From assembly GCA_038893995.1 (NCBI GenBank), contig JAWAQK010000014.1, positions 33,122 through 47,723 on the forward strand: DNA of 14,602 nt. Direction: 5' to 3'. Below the pieces are notes generated by a model. It had not been told where the DNA came from. It made no database searches and worked only from the letters and a program-made list of their open reading frames with translations. Made by a program: the position numbers and the translations under genes. This document shows positions 14,061 to 14,602 of the stretch, in pieces (the stretch's first letter is position 1; every line of letters begins with the position of its first letter). Source of the DNA: Candidatus Thorarchaeota archaeon. Lineage in GTDB: Archaea; Asgardarchaeota; Thorarchaeia; Thorarchaeales; Thorarchaeaceae.

Positions 14061-14473
14061 CGATTTTCCTTACGGAAGTGGAGAATCATCCTCTCCCGCG
14101 AAACCTACTGAACAGTTCCGAGATAAGAATATTCCAGTTGAAGGGGACAGAAGGGGGGTGTTCGAAAGGAGAATGACGTGATGGAGTCCTGCATGCCTGT
14201 CACGCACTGACCAGCATCACATCCTCACAATATCTGGATGACATGCCTACGTTCTGTAGTGAAACTCGAATCTCAGTCCGCGCTGACATGGCACAGACCC
14301 AATCTCACCGGTCCCTCGATGACCCCCCTCATCCAATTCCTCGGTCCTGTCGTGCGCGAAATATCCCCTCGGAAGAACGGGAAGACTGTACCAATCCACG
14401 TGAATGTACACCAGGATCCCCGTAGTCGACCTACTCCCATTCTGACCTGAACGCCCGTTGATCTTCGTATCGA

Positions 14474-14575
14474 AGGTCAGACTATTGACTGTCTGCTGTG
14501 TGAGGTTCAGGGGATCGCCAACAACGTTTCACACCAATAGTTTCAGGCCATCGACAGGATGCCTCATCAGGACCC
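14474..14575 (-). ncRNA. Candidate variant type I hammerhead ribozyme
   Basis: The order on the minus strand is GGGUC-CUGAUGA-stem II-(U)GAAA-stem III-GUC-(U)GACCU. It has two extra U residues relative to the consensus core. Confidence 0.25.
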
Positions 14576-14602
14576 GTCTAATGACAGCATTTCGGATCTG
14601 AC

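Overview
This is an archaeal-looking chromosomal window. An Asgard/Thorarchaeota-like origin is inferred from the TATA-like promoters, a 7TM-longin-like fusion, a site-1-protease-like subtilase and an SCP2-type thiolase/DUF35 pair; the sequence does not prove the taxonomy. Genes in order: partial GH36 alpha-galactosidase-like gene (-, missing from the ORF track), TPR protein (-), unannotated 54-aa four-CxxC RING-like protein (-), MFS transporter (-), membrane-anchored S8 peptidase with a GIFT/DUF4350-like tail (-), P2-like P-type ATPase (+), panB (+), DUF1858 protein (-), 7TM plus longin-like protein (+), DUF35 OB-fold protein and thiolase-like protein (-), and a small 4TM protein (-). I saw no CRISPR array, tRNA, rRNA or transposase. 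The most interesting signals are five. (1) The P-type ATPase has an intact catalytic core, but its ion site is rewritten (PEGLP->PINIP, SERCA D800->His). (2) The subtilase resembles MBTPS1/S1P and has no propeptide. (3) A hidden minimal RING-like gene sits next to the TPR gene. (4) The 7TM-longin gene probably starts at a non-canonical ACG. (5) There are structured non-coding regions, including a hammerhead-like motif near the window end. All family calls come from motif recognition by eye; no searches were run.
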